Source: Tubulanus polymorphus (Eukaryota > Animalia > Nemertea). From it: DNA of 64,000 nt. Where the stretch lies: contig NC_134035.1 in assembly GCF_964204645.1 (NCBI RefSeq), positions 9,208,451 to 9,272,450 on the forward strand, given 5' to 3'. Positions 27,801 through 38,693 of the stretch are shown one piece after another. A program made the position numbers and the translations under genes. The notes beneath the pieces were generated by a model. It saw nothing but the letters and a program-made list of their open reading frames with translations. It did no database searches and was not told where the DNA came from. Position 1 is the stretch's first letter. The number at the start of each line of letters is the position of its first letter.

Positions 27801-28470
27801 CTGTTCCAGTTGGTCGATTTTGGAAAAGTAGTTGATCTCAAGCTGGGTTTTTTCTTATAGTTGCAATTTAGCTGCTATGATTAAAAGAAGATAGCCTGTA
27901 ATGACAAATTATTTCATTTAGAATTCATCATTATCATTTCCATAAAATATAAACTTACATTTCAAGTTTGCTGGGTTCCGTATCAGTTAAAATGTTCTAA
28001 GTTCATTGATGCATTTGATTTAAGCTTGAATTGTTGTGTGGGCTGTTCTTATCGGTAGATTTATGATTTGTTGTTGATCTCAAGCTGGGCAGTTTGATGA
28101 AGATAGGATTCAGCTGAAGAGTAAACAAAGATATCATGTAATCACAAAACATTTCATTGAGAATGAATCGAAATAACTCCATCTATATTAAGTTACCTTT
28201 TATGATTGCTGGATTCGTTATCGGCGTGGATCATCTAAGTTGGTTGGTTGATTCTAGTTTGCTATGCGCTGTTCCAGTTGGTCGATTTTGGACAAGTAGT
28301 TAATCTCAAACTGGGTTTTTCTCATAGTTGAAATTTAGCTGCAATGATTAAAAGAAGATATCCTGTAATGACAAAGTATTTCATTTAGAATTTATCGCAA
28401 TAATTTCAACTATATTAAGTTACCTTTTATGATTGCCGGGTTCATTATCGGCGAGGGTCTCCTAAGTTGG
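24900..28470 (-). repeat. Tandem array of ~230-260-bp exon+intron units (candidate spliced non-coding transcript)
   Basis: Minus-strand introns 25147-25043, 25386-25301, 25631-25527, 25862-25777, 26146-26042, 26487-26404, 27958-27872, 28196-28114, 28423-28339, each AAA(G/T)|GTA....YAG|CT. Confidence 0.8.
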
Positions 28471-28655
28471 TAGTCTAATTTTACATATCTTTTGTTGTTT
28501 TTTCTGTGTAAATAGTCCGAAAGTTTACAATGTTTGAATTTTGTCTAATTTTACATTTCTTTGCTTTTCTTTTCATGTAAATAGTCCGAAAGTTTACAAG
28601 GTTAAGATAATTTTGTCTAAGTTTTACTTTTTACTTTTGCTTTCTCCGTGTAAAG
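28470..28655. repeat. ~70-bp AT-rich tandem repeat, ~3 copies
   Basis: GTCTAATTTTACAT..GTAAATAGTCCGAAAGTTTACAA. Confidence 0.8.
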
Positions 28656-28659
28656 TTTT

Positions 28660-28870
28660 TTCAAAATCGGAAATCGAAGTACAGATATAGTTGCGTGATC
28701 GGTGGTCCATTTTACATAAATTTTCTTTTCTTGAAATCCAAGCACATAACGGGAAATTCGGTTCCGGTGCCTTCAATTAATCTTCCAACCAGTCTGAACC
28801 GGCAAGCCTCTGATTGGGGACTGCCTATTTTGATACATCGATATTGGAATATCTATATTACAAGGCTGAA
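28660..28870 (-). repeat. Uninterrupted R1 copy inside the MULE
   Basis: Single GGTTCAGAC (minus strand) joining the two halves that flank the MULE. Confidence 0.8.
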
Positions 28871-30899
28871 GATCATTTTGTACATTTTATGACTAGTTGA
28901 TTAATAGTATCATATAGTGCAAACCTGCTAGTAAAATTGCCCCTATATAAATTTCGATTCCCAGCTAAACTATGTTTGTATTATTAAATTAACTTCATCG
29001 CCAATTAATAGACTTTTAAGAGATATGTATTCTTCCCACAGACATCTGTGCCCAGTGAATGGTATTCTAATCCATTTCAGTAATTTTAAATATTGCTGGT
29101 AAAATATATACAATGATCTTATGATTATGATAATATAACTAGCTTAACGAACCCAGAATTCCCCAAAACCTAACTGATTCAACAGATCCCACACACATGT
29201 GGCCCAGTTAGACGCAGACAACATTGCACGATACAGTCGTCTCATCCACTGCGCTATTTTTGATAAACTTAAATTCGTTATATTGAATTAATTCTAACTT
29301 ATTTTCTGATATCTAAGCGATCCATTAATTAGTAATCATACTAGCCACAATTAATTGTCAGTCGAACAATATTTATATGGAGCCTGAAAACCTACATGAG
29401 TAGAATTTCAGATGTGGTGAATTCATCACTATTTGAATTCATCAGAACTTAAGTTAAAATCACATTTTTAGTGGTAAATTAGAAATTCCCTTATACCCGA
29501 ATTGCAATATAATCTTTATTTCCCTTTTACAGTACACTGTGTATAAGGATCAAAAGACCTTGTTATGACCGGACCTCCCTGGTGCGGTGCAAGACATGAT
29601 GCTGGAATATAGTTTGAAGGAGAGGGGTTAGTAAAAGAGAGCTATTAGCGAGAGGAATAAGACCTAAGTTCAGGATATCCTGTCAGAATAAGGCTCTCAA
29701 TCTGACATACACAGTGATATTGAAATATTCCCCCTTCCAAATCCAGGAATGTATATTTGTGCACAGATTTGTTTTATCTCCCTTCGATCGGAAGTAAATC
29801 TGCGTTAAATGATTTTGGCAATATGTATCAAAACTAATACAGCTGTATGAAGACGCAATAGGTTCACTTAGATACAGATAAATAAGTAATGTGCTCAGAT
29901 ACACATGTATCAGCTACATTTTTAATGTCAATGTACTTGAATTCAAAATAATTTCACATCATTGAATTTACCTTAATTGTAGATATCTAAGTAGTACCTT
30001 AATGAATAATTCACCTTAGTTATATCCTTATTCATCCTCCAAGTTGTTTGTCCCGCGTGTTGACTAGGTAATGATGTTTTTGGAACGTCTAATGGTGCCA
30101 TCGGACTCAGTCCCAGAGTCGGATTATGGATGTTGGTATCACCAGACTTCCCACCATCGGAGTTTGACTTCTGGCTAGCGAAATGACAAGATGAAGAGAG
30201 CATATTATATATTAAGTCAAAATGTTTGTCAGACAGAGCCTGACCACTGTGGTTTGAGAAAGCTTTAATTATCTCATAACCATCCCTATCATTAATAGTA
30301 TTAACTATTATCGTGCCACAGATTTATGCCAGCTCCGTTCGTGTCTGGGTTAGGTACATATACAGCCAAACCATATACCTCTTCCCCACACGATAAGTGT
30401 TTTTTGAGAACACCTGTATTTTGGAATTAGTAAAAATCAACCCCTGATATACCACTATTGCCCCAAGTTTGCTTAAAATGAGCTGAAATTAAATAGTACA
30501 TAATCATTAATCCACAAGACAAAAATTGCAACTATATCCAACTTTGATAGTGGATGATGAAAAAGATGAAAGGCCAGGATGAGGGGTCTGAATCAGAAAT
30601 CGAAGATACAGAGTTTAGGATGTAATTGAAGTACACAAAAGATGCTCGAGATTACAGAGTTCACGAAAACAATATAGACGATATCATCCGCTGCGACAAG
30701 AAAAATTGGGAAAGATTTTGATGGAAGGGGAAAGAACCTTGGATGAAAAATAAAATTTACACAGTTTCACGGCTTAAATCGAAGTACAACCATATAGACG
30801 CTGGTAATACATAGTTTTAACAGCTTTACATCATATTTGATCTAACCTGAGAGAAAGAAGTCAGCACAGAACCTCTGGCTGATAACAGCAAAGTCCGGT

Positions 30900-31520
30900 T
30901 CTCAGGGTTCCAACTGGCAGCGGCAGAGTCAGAGTTCTGTAATGTGGCCTCGTCCCAGCTAGTGGCGGGGTGCCAATGACACTGTGTTACTACGGAGGAC
31001 CCGCAATCAGAGTAAGACGGGAAGCGACAAACAACTTCGGCTTTGGGGGATATCCGATCTTCAAGCATCAACACCAAAAGACAACCGGCACCCAGATGAG
31101 AGAGAAAAACTGGGTGAACGGGGAGCCCAATCAGCAAGATGCCAATGGGTAGCCTTAGGCGAAGAAACCAGCTGATTCAGACTAGAATGGACCAAACTGG
31201 GGACCCAATTGAGAATTGAGCACACCACCTAAGACAACCGACACCCAGATGACAGAGAAAAACTGGGTGAACGGGGAGCCCATCAGCAAGATGCCAATGG
31301 GTAGCCTTAGGCAATGAACCAGCAGATTCAGACTAGAATGGACCAAACTGGGGACCTAAAGATCCAACAACCCCCTCAGTCGAAGATTGCTACCGCTCCA
31401 ATCTTATTCTGATCGTAGGTCCCCCGTAGTAACATCCGCATCACCAGCACTCCGCCACTAGCTGGTAAGAGGCCACATTAGTGAACTCAGACTCTGCCGC
31501 TGCCAGTTGAAACCCTGAGA
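30900..31520. repeat. Foldback: ~150-bp inverted arms enclosing two ~128-bp direct repeats
   Basis: 30900-31050 vs reverse complement of 31370-31520 (~80% identical by eye); direct repeats 31078-31206 and 31231-31356. Confidence 0.85.
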
Positions 31521-31674
31521 TTGAGAGGGCGGGGGCGAGGGACGAATGAAATGAAAGAAAAAAAAATGAAAAAACAAAAATAATATAGAAAAATAATGAA
31601 AAAAATAAAGATATAAAATATACCACACATTCATACGACACATATAAACACCATTCACTCCTCTTGCACACACC

Positions 31675-31762
31675 ACGCACACAACTCCATCCACCGCACA
31701 CATAACTCCATCCACCGCACACATAACTCCATCCACCGCACACATAACTCCATCCACCGCCA
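31675..31762. repeat. 21-bp tandem repeat, ~4 copies
   Basis: CACATAACTCCATCCACCGCA. Confidence 0.9.
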
Positions 31763-34068
31763 CCGGCGCCACGCCACCACTCCGAAAAACACCGCGCCAC
31801 AAGATCGCCAGGAAAAACAGCAAAAGCTGAAGAGCTCGAGAGAACGCCATCTGATCGTGTCAAAGACTAGTACTCGATTGAACGATTGTGGAGAAATTCC
31901 GCAGTATTACAGTATCAAATGCAAACATAAATGTAGATATTTTATTGAACGGAATTGATTTTTCAGTTCACGTCAGTTGAAAACCCGTTTTGATCGATGT
32001 TTTAATGTTTATTTTAAATACAAATTAGATTTAAGACCTAGGATTATTGACTAATATCTAATTGTGAGGGTAGAATAAAAGGATCGCGGATAAATTTCCT
32101 GCTCGCATGCCACAGCTCTGTCAAATCTCAATCGTCCAGTGCTGCCCCTAAATACTGTGGCGAATACATAAACTAATCGATTAATATACTCTACCCGTAT
32201 TTGTACATGAGGCCTACCGTTTACTTATCTTGCTTAGTTTACGTCGTTCGTGTCTTGTGGTATTCCAAGACTATAAATCATATTGGATCCATTTTCAGGG
32301 GTAGAGCTAGATAATTAAATGATAATTATCCGAACAGTAGATTGTTCTATTTTTTCTCCACGTCAAAGTTAATAGTTTAAAAATTCAAAATACAAATTAT
32401 GTTCAAATTCAGATTTCACAAACAACAACTCGTTGGCCCACTGAAAGATAGCAGCGAAACAATCTTCGGGTAATAAATGTTAGAAAGAATTAGGTTATCC
32501 TCTCAGGGCCTGGTTAATTGCGTTACCGTACGGTAATGAAAAAAGTAAGCAAAGAAGGTAGGCCTGGACCGTGTAGGCTTACATTATCCAACTACAAAAG
32601 CCTTGACGCAACATAAACAAAATCGAAAAGGAAAATATCAAAAGTGCAGGATATCAAATGCCTGAAGTAGCTTGGGCTTGAAGCTAATTACACCACGAGG
32701 GCAGATCTAGGCAAATATATCCGAATTTCAATTGCTAGACTTAATAGAGTGTGGTCGAATGAGAGAGTATAGCATCTCAGAGAATGTCTAGAAGTTCAAA
32801 TCACACTGCGTAGATTTGTTCACGTCAAGATTCATATAAAACTCAAACAGTGCCATAAAATGAGCACCTGAAGTCTACATCAAGGACGGGTGGCCATTTT
32901 ATCAGAATCATGGGAAGAAATCCGTTGAGGAAGCGTCGATGGATAAAAGCAAACACATCTGATTTTAAAAAAAACATGTTTTGAACATTAGTTTCCATAA
33001 TATTGAATGTATGCCTGTTTCAATATTTCTCTTTAAAAAACCAACACCGACCCTGAAAGATATATACTCCAATGAGGTTGGTTTGGAATTTGTGGTAAAC
33101 TATTGGAGATTTGGCTGTGGAAGGTATATATGAATCACATTATGTTTCATGCAGTAGCATGTCGTAATACATTGACGCGATTGTGTGCTTATAGATTTCA
33201 CATGGTCACAGTCGAATGATCGTCGGTGGTTCTCGGGGAATTTACTATATGCCAGTTCAATTGAGTCAATTCACGCTCGTAACACAAACTAAGTCCCGTA
33301 CTAACGTGCGGTCAGCCCTATGGGCCCTGGTTGTTAACTATTAAGATTTTTGATGACGCGGTCTTTCGTCTTAGACTGTTGTTTGGTCATTGTTCGGAAG
33401 GTTGACCAAATTTCATCTGGGTTTGCATGCAGACTTTTCGAATTTGTCTATACCCAGGCTTTCTTAGCGTTTTGAATGCTTAATTGGTGGTTTCCTCAGC
33501 AGACTTTAAGGCAAGGAGATTGTCGATGGAGTTTCTTAGTATCAATAGACAGATTTTAATTCATAAAAATTCTTATTCAATTGAGTGGAGACATATTAGG
33601 CTTTTTAGATTACTTGCAGCATGGACCCTCTGGAAATTCCGCCAACAACTTCATTGCGCTTACCACTCATAATTTGAAAAACCCAAATTTCTTTCTTTAA
33701 TTTTGATACTGGATTAAACGGTGTCATTATGTAAATCTAGGAACTAGTCCATATTAAGAATTTCGTTTCTTGCTTTCAGTCTTAAAATGATAGTATCTGT
33801 TTTTTCTTTAAAATATTTTAATGGTGTTCATGTAAATGTTTGTTTATGGATAAGATTGGTAAGGGAAAAAATTTATTTGAGCCTTTCTTTTCGAAGACAG
33901 AATAGGTACTCAAGCAAGCAAGGAAAGCTAGCAAACAATAAGCATTTGGCAACTGGCAACTAGCAACTGGCAATGTCGTCTCAGGGCTTCCATAATTTAC
34001 TCGGATTTTGACTAAGTAGTGCAGTGTACCAAAAATCTGAAATTCTCTGTCAACATGGTACAACTTGC

Positions 34069-34290
34069 GGTTCAGACTGAATGGAAGATTGTTTGAATGA
34101 ACCGGAACCGAATTTCCCAATAATGTACCTCGATTCAAACAAAAAATTCTGTGAACTCGACCGCCGATCACACAACTATATCTGTACTTCGACTTCCGAT
34201 TTCAAAATCAAGGCCCATTTCGCTCAATAAAAAAAATCAAACTAAATTTACCAGCCGAATAAATAACAGGGACAATCCCTATTTCAAGAT
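34069..34290 (+). repeat. 3' part of split R1 repeat
   Basis: Matches reverse complement of 28660-28800, and shares AACTATATCTGTACTTCG and/or AAATAAAT..GGGACAATCC blocks with 6800-7075 and 53570-53690. Confidence 0.8.
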
Positions 34291-36342
34291 CAAAATCTGA
34301 CAGTTAGAGCGGCGGGGGGGGGGGGGCCAGACTATAGAAAATACTACTCATAAACTACAAAAATAAATCATGAAACTATACTGCCATCTTTTTTCTCAAT
34401 AAACAATAAATCTATGATGCTATCTGCTAATTGGAATTAACCATTTTTTCCTGTAATATCAAAAGGCGGCCACTCTAACGTTCTTGAATCCTCAATTTAG
34501 AAAAAAAAACAAAATTGAATAGTGTGTGGAAGAAAACAACTGCAGTTGATTTAAAAAAGTCTACTTTAAATTGCAGGCAAAAGAATCGACATTTTCTCTC
34601 GTTTTCACCCTCGATATGCCTGAAGTCCCCTTGGCAAATTTAAAAAAAAAATCCTGCAGCAGCATTGCCAGGACCCCGAACTAAAACTATATGTACACAC
34701 ATACACAACTTATAGTCCACCCCCAATCAAAATCAAACCCCCAAAGACTGGCTGACTACGGGCCTACAAATCGAACCTCCAGAAGCAAATAAACCCAGAG
34801 TTTACCTAGCAGTGGGAACAGAAGGAATACCCAAAACAAAGAATAAATGGCACAAAATGATTCTATTTGTTTTTTATTTTTTATATAGTATATCATCCTT
34901 CCCAGGAAAAAGGTTATATACGTAATGATGATAATAGCAATCATATATTTCAGATACATAGTATATATAGATTCTTCATATAAAACCTGTGTGTGAACTG
35001 TATTTACAATGTATAATCTATTGATATGCTTACGATATTAAATTAATATGCAAATCAATATGCAAATTAGTTTGTACACTTTTCATTTATTTTTGTCGGC
35101 GAAACAAGAATAGGTACGGTACAAAATAAAGCAACTGAAGCCTAAATAATAAATATTAGATCGAATATATATTAAGATAAATTGACTAGGGCTAAGCCCG
35201 CGAGATGATGCATAAGGAACATAGATCCAAATGATTGGAAGTTCTGAAAAAAATGTAAAAAAGATTGCACAGAATGATCTCAACTACTAGGTTAGAGATG
35301 CGGACCCATTGCTTGAAGACCTCGAATAGTATTGACTGTAATTATAATATGGTGGTACGATTTAATGAATCAAACGTGTTTCAAATTGAAGAAGTTATGC
35401 TCGCAAATTGTCAGAGGAGCAATGGGACCTGGCTGGAATTCAGAATGAATCACATTATTATTCAAAACGATCGAATATTAATCGGACGAAAGTAATATCG
35501 ACGAAACTCCTATTTTCCTCGACACGAAAAATTAATTTCGAATCCTATCTTTTGTCTTAAAAGAACCGTAAAAAATACGCGACCATCGACAAGTTCCTGC
35601 TCGTACTTAAAAAAAGAATTACGATTAAAATAAGACAAAAATATTTTTCCAAGACGGCGGATGGTGAATGATGTAACGATATAACTAATAAATAGTAAAA
35701 CAAAGAGGAATTTCATCCGCAGTTTTTGAGCAATTCGCTTCATTCTTATTCTGCACGTCGTGAAAAAATGATCCTTTGAACCAGTTAAACTAGTGCGATG
35801 TGATATGTTTACGATATTCAAATCAATGATATGTTTAAGTAGTAACTCGTAACGCGGTTGAATAAATGAAATCGACGTATAACTAACTTGTTTAGAGCGT
35901 TTGGTTATTACTGAAAATGAATGAGTCTAGCGGAACGAAAACGTAATTTTCAATGTCGGACACGATTCTGTACATTATCGGTTGTTTTACCGTATGTAAA
36001 TATAAAAAAGCTCTATCTACATTGAATTCTCTCAAGAGTTACCCACAAAACGTCCGGTCTTTTCAACGATAGAAAACCGCGCAACGCATCGAATCAGAGT
36101 TGTTATTTTCGAATTGATTTAAAATATTCATGTCACATTTGAAAGACGCATGAATCTGTGAGTATCAATAATCTGCAGTGCTCGAACACCCCTTTTAATT
36201 CCATTCCATTCTAATAAGAAGAAGATCGCTTTTTGAAAGTGCCGATAGAATGTCTGATGTTCGTTGGAATTGGATAGGAACGATTACAAGTTGGATGAAT
36301 GACAATTAAGTATGACTGAGGGGTGCAGGCTCCAGATTGATA

Positions 36343-36516
36343 CAGTGAAACCTCATTACAACGAAACCTCGGAAGACCAAAAATGTGTTCATTGTAAATG
36401 ATACTTCGTTATGTCTAATAAGCAATTATCAAAATCTTCATTTTTGGGACGAAATTCTAGGTTTGTTATGACCAATAGGTTTTAACATCCTAAGTCGTTA
36501 TAACGAGGTTCCACTG
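36343..36516. mobile_element. Tc1/mariner (pogo-like) MITE
   Basis: TA|CAGTGAAACCTCATTACAACGA...TCGTTATAACGAGGTTCCACTG|TA. Confidence 0.85.
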
Positions 36517-38567
36517 TACTCGCATCAAGCCAGGATCGGTCGGTATCAGAAAAGTCTTTGATTCGATTCGCGAATGCAGTTTCTACGATACAGTTTTTAA
36601 AAAGACTGGAGTATTAAAAATAGAAAAAAAAAACAAAACTCAAACCGCTAACGATAAATACACATAATAAGTTACGAAAATTCTAAATATTAAAACGTAT
36701 TTTTCCGTTTCTACCTGATTCATATATATATATATATATATATATACAAGTAACCTACAATAACTAGAATTAATGTATTATTGCGTAAGCACCAAGATTT
36801 TTATTCCAATTGCAATGTATATTCAACGGAGCATTTTGGATTCCTAACAACCTCGAATGAGAGGAAGAACCAAATTCCACAGTTTTTAGATTTTAAAGTC
36901 CAAATCAGTTCATTTTCAATTATTTTGACGCTACAGTCATATCTAACTCAAAACGGTGCAATTGGGCGATTATTATTCTGAAAAAATTTCAATCTCCTTA
37001 TTCTTAATTCTAAAATGTTTTCAAAACTAAATGATTGAATAACTTCCATTAAGATGCCAAAATTCTCTGTAATTTTTTCAGAAATGGCATCTCATAGCTA
37101 TGACCCATTAACTGTTTTGAGGTCCGATGCTCGACTCCAAAAAACATACACACAATCAAATAAAATGGACGTTTAAAAACAAGATCAGCAATAATTCGGC
37201 TTCGAACTGGCACAAAACTAATCACAATCAATCATAATAGTGTGCCTTACACTTTTACATTAAAAAATTCATGAGTTCAAATCCTTCAAATTCATCGTGT
37301 AAGTATTGCCGTACGCAACATATGCAAGAAGAATCGAACCTATGATTCATTGAATAGTTCACCAGAAAAGGCATTGCTGGATGACTTTTTTCTGGAGGAG
37401 AATTTTATTTCAAATTTCCAATCATTCATTATCGTCTAGAATTCGATCCAGAATTCGGAATATTCCAGAAAATCGTAACAGTTCTCATCAATATTGCGCA
37501 CTAACATTTACAAAAAAATCCTCGCGCACAGACTCTGGCTTTCACGTATAATTCAATAGAAATATAAATGACCGACGGCCTATCAGCACAGGTTCGTGCA
37601 ATTCTTATAACGGCGTTTACATCTTTGAAATATATTACAATCGTATTTATCAAAAACGCATGGCAATGACTTGGCTTAGATTTACATAACGGAATACGAT
37701 GATTTCATACGAAAGAACGCGCGCGCAAAAATTACAGCACGCATCAGCACAAATACGACGACATTCACTACCTCAACGGTTTAATTGAGATACGCTTTGT
37801 CCATCGTCAATAAGCACAGATATATCCCACGACAGTATCGTTAACATAATAACACTCGATAATTTCATTTTCGTTCACGTATAATTAGAAGGTCAATCCG
37901 TATACTCTGAAATTAGAGGTCCACGCGTCGCCTACAAATCACTAATCAATCTACTGACCGAAAACACCTATCAGTAAGGGTTGGGCTGCAGATTACGTCT
38001 GAAAACGGTAAAAAACTTCAGTTTCTATCACAAAACAATGACGCACGGACACATTCGACGCACACGATTTACAGAAATCCACATTTGCTATCGTCATAAG
38101 CTCGTCGCTTCGAGTCGCGAATTCATAACCGTCTTCGTCGCAGTAGATATCATCGCATTTTCGACCGAACGATTCCGCTTGCGAGGTTTGGTTAACGATT
38201 CCGCGTCGTCAGGAAAAACGACACAGCAGAACGTTCTAATTACACATAAGCAGCAGCGGCAGCAGTAGTTACGGTATCGTAAAAGTACGTTATCAGTACG
38301 TTCGGTTTTTGAGAGAAAAATAATCGTATCGTAAATAAAAAAACTCTTTTTTGGCCCGATTTACAAAACTTCGTCGTTACGAATTATATATATACGAACT
38401 CGACACTACGCGTATGTACTTATCCTATACACAGAGAGCACAGATATGCGGTCAGTATCTAACTACGAAGTCTGAATACCTTCTTGTTATTATTCGCGAT
38501 CCGCGTAGAATTACGAACTACTTTGTATATATATATATGTATTTATAATCGACGTTGGCGTTTGCGA

Positions 38568-38693
38568 TCATACCCACGAGTCGGCGCCACCGTCTTCGGG
38601 ACCGTTCGCGAGTATCATACGATCCGGGTTTCGTTTACTCTTGTTCACGCGCGCGTACAGCGGTTCGTTCGGATTGGACTGAGGATAACTGGC
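38568..38693 (-). CDS. CTNND2: delta-catenin terminal coding exon ending GGADSWV*
   Basis: gttgcag acceptor; EPLYARVNK; DSWV-stop PDZ ligand as in CTNND2/ARVCF/PKP4. Confidence 0.95.
   Translation of the reverse strand, partial: ASYPQSNPNEPLYARVNKSKRNPDRMILANGPEDGGADSWV

Larger units (their letters stand above)
19617..34068. mobile_element. Large non-autonomous Mutator-like (MULE / Pack-MULE-like) DNA transposon, ~14.45 kb
   Basis: Left end GCAAAATGTACCATGTTGATAGAGAATT..; right end reverse complement GCAAGTTGTACCATGTTGACAGAGAATT.. (~50-bp imperfect TIR). Identical 9-bp direct flanks GGTTCAGAC at 19608-19616 and 34069-34077. Removing the insert restores the repeat seen intact at 28660-28870. 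No intact transposase seen; superfamily inferred from the 9-bp TSD and G...C ends. Confidence 0.8.

Noticed and set aside
19476-28870. Inverted match between 19476-19616 and 28792-28870 as TIRs of a 9.4-kb transposon
   Set aside because: Better explained as two copies of repeat R1: the left copy continues at 34069 after the 9-bp TSD, R1 also occurs at 6800 and 53570, and no convincing TSD flanks this pair.
31441-31863. ORFs with GGWSYVC / AVDGVMC repeats and a hydrophobic stretch
   Set aside because: Products of a 21-bp tandem repeat and an A-rich low-complexity tract.
20421-33820. 280-bp direct repeats as LTRs
   Set aside because: No TG..CA ends, TSD, PBS/PPT or gag-pol sequence between them.
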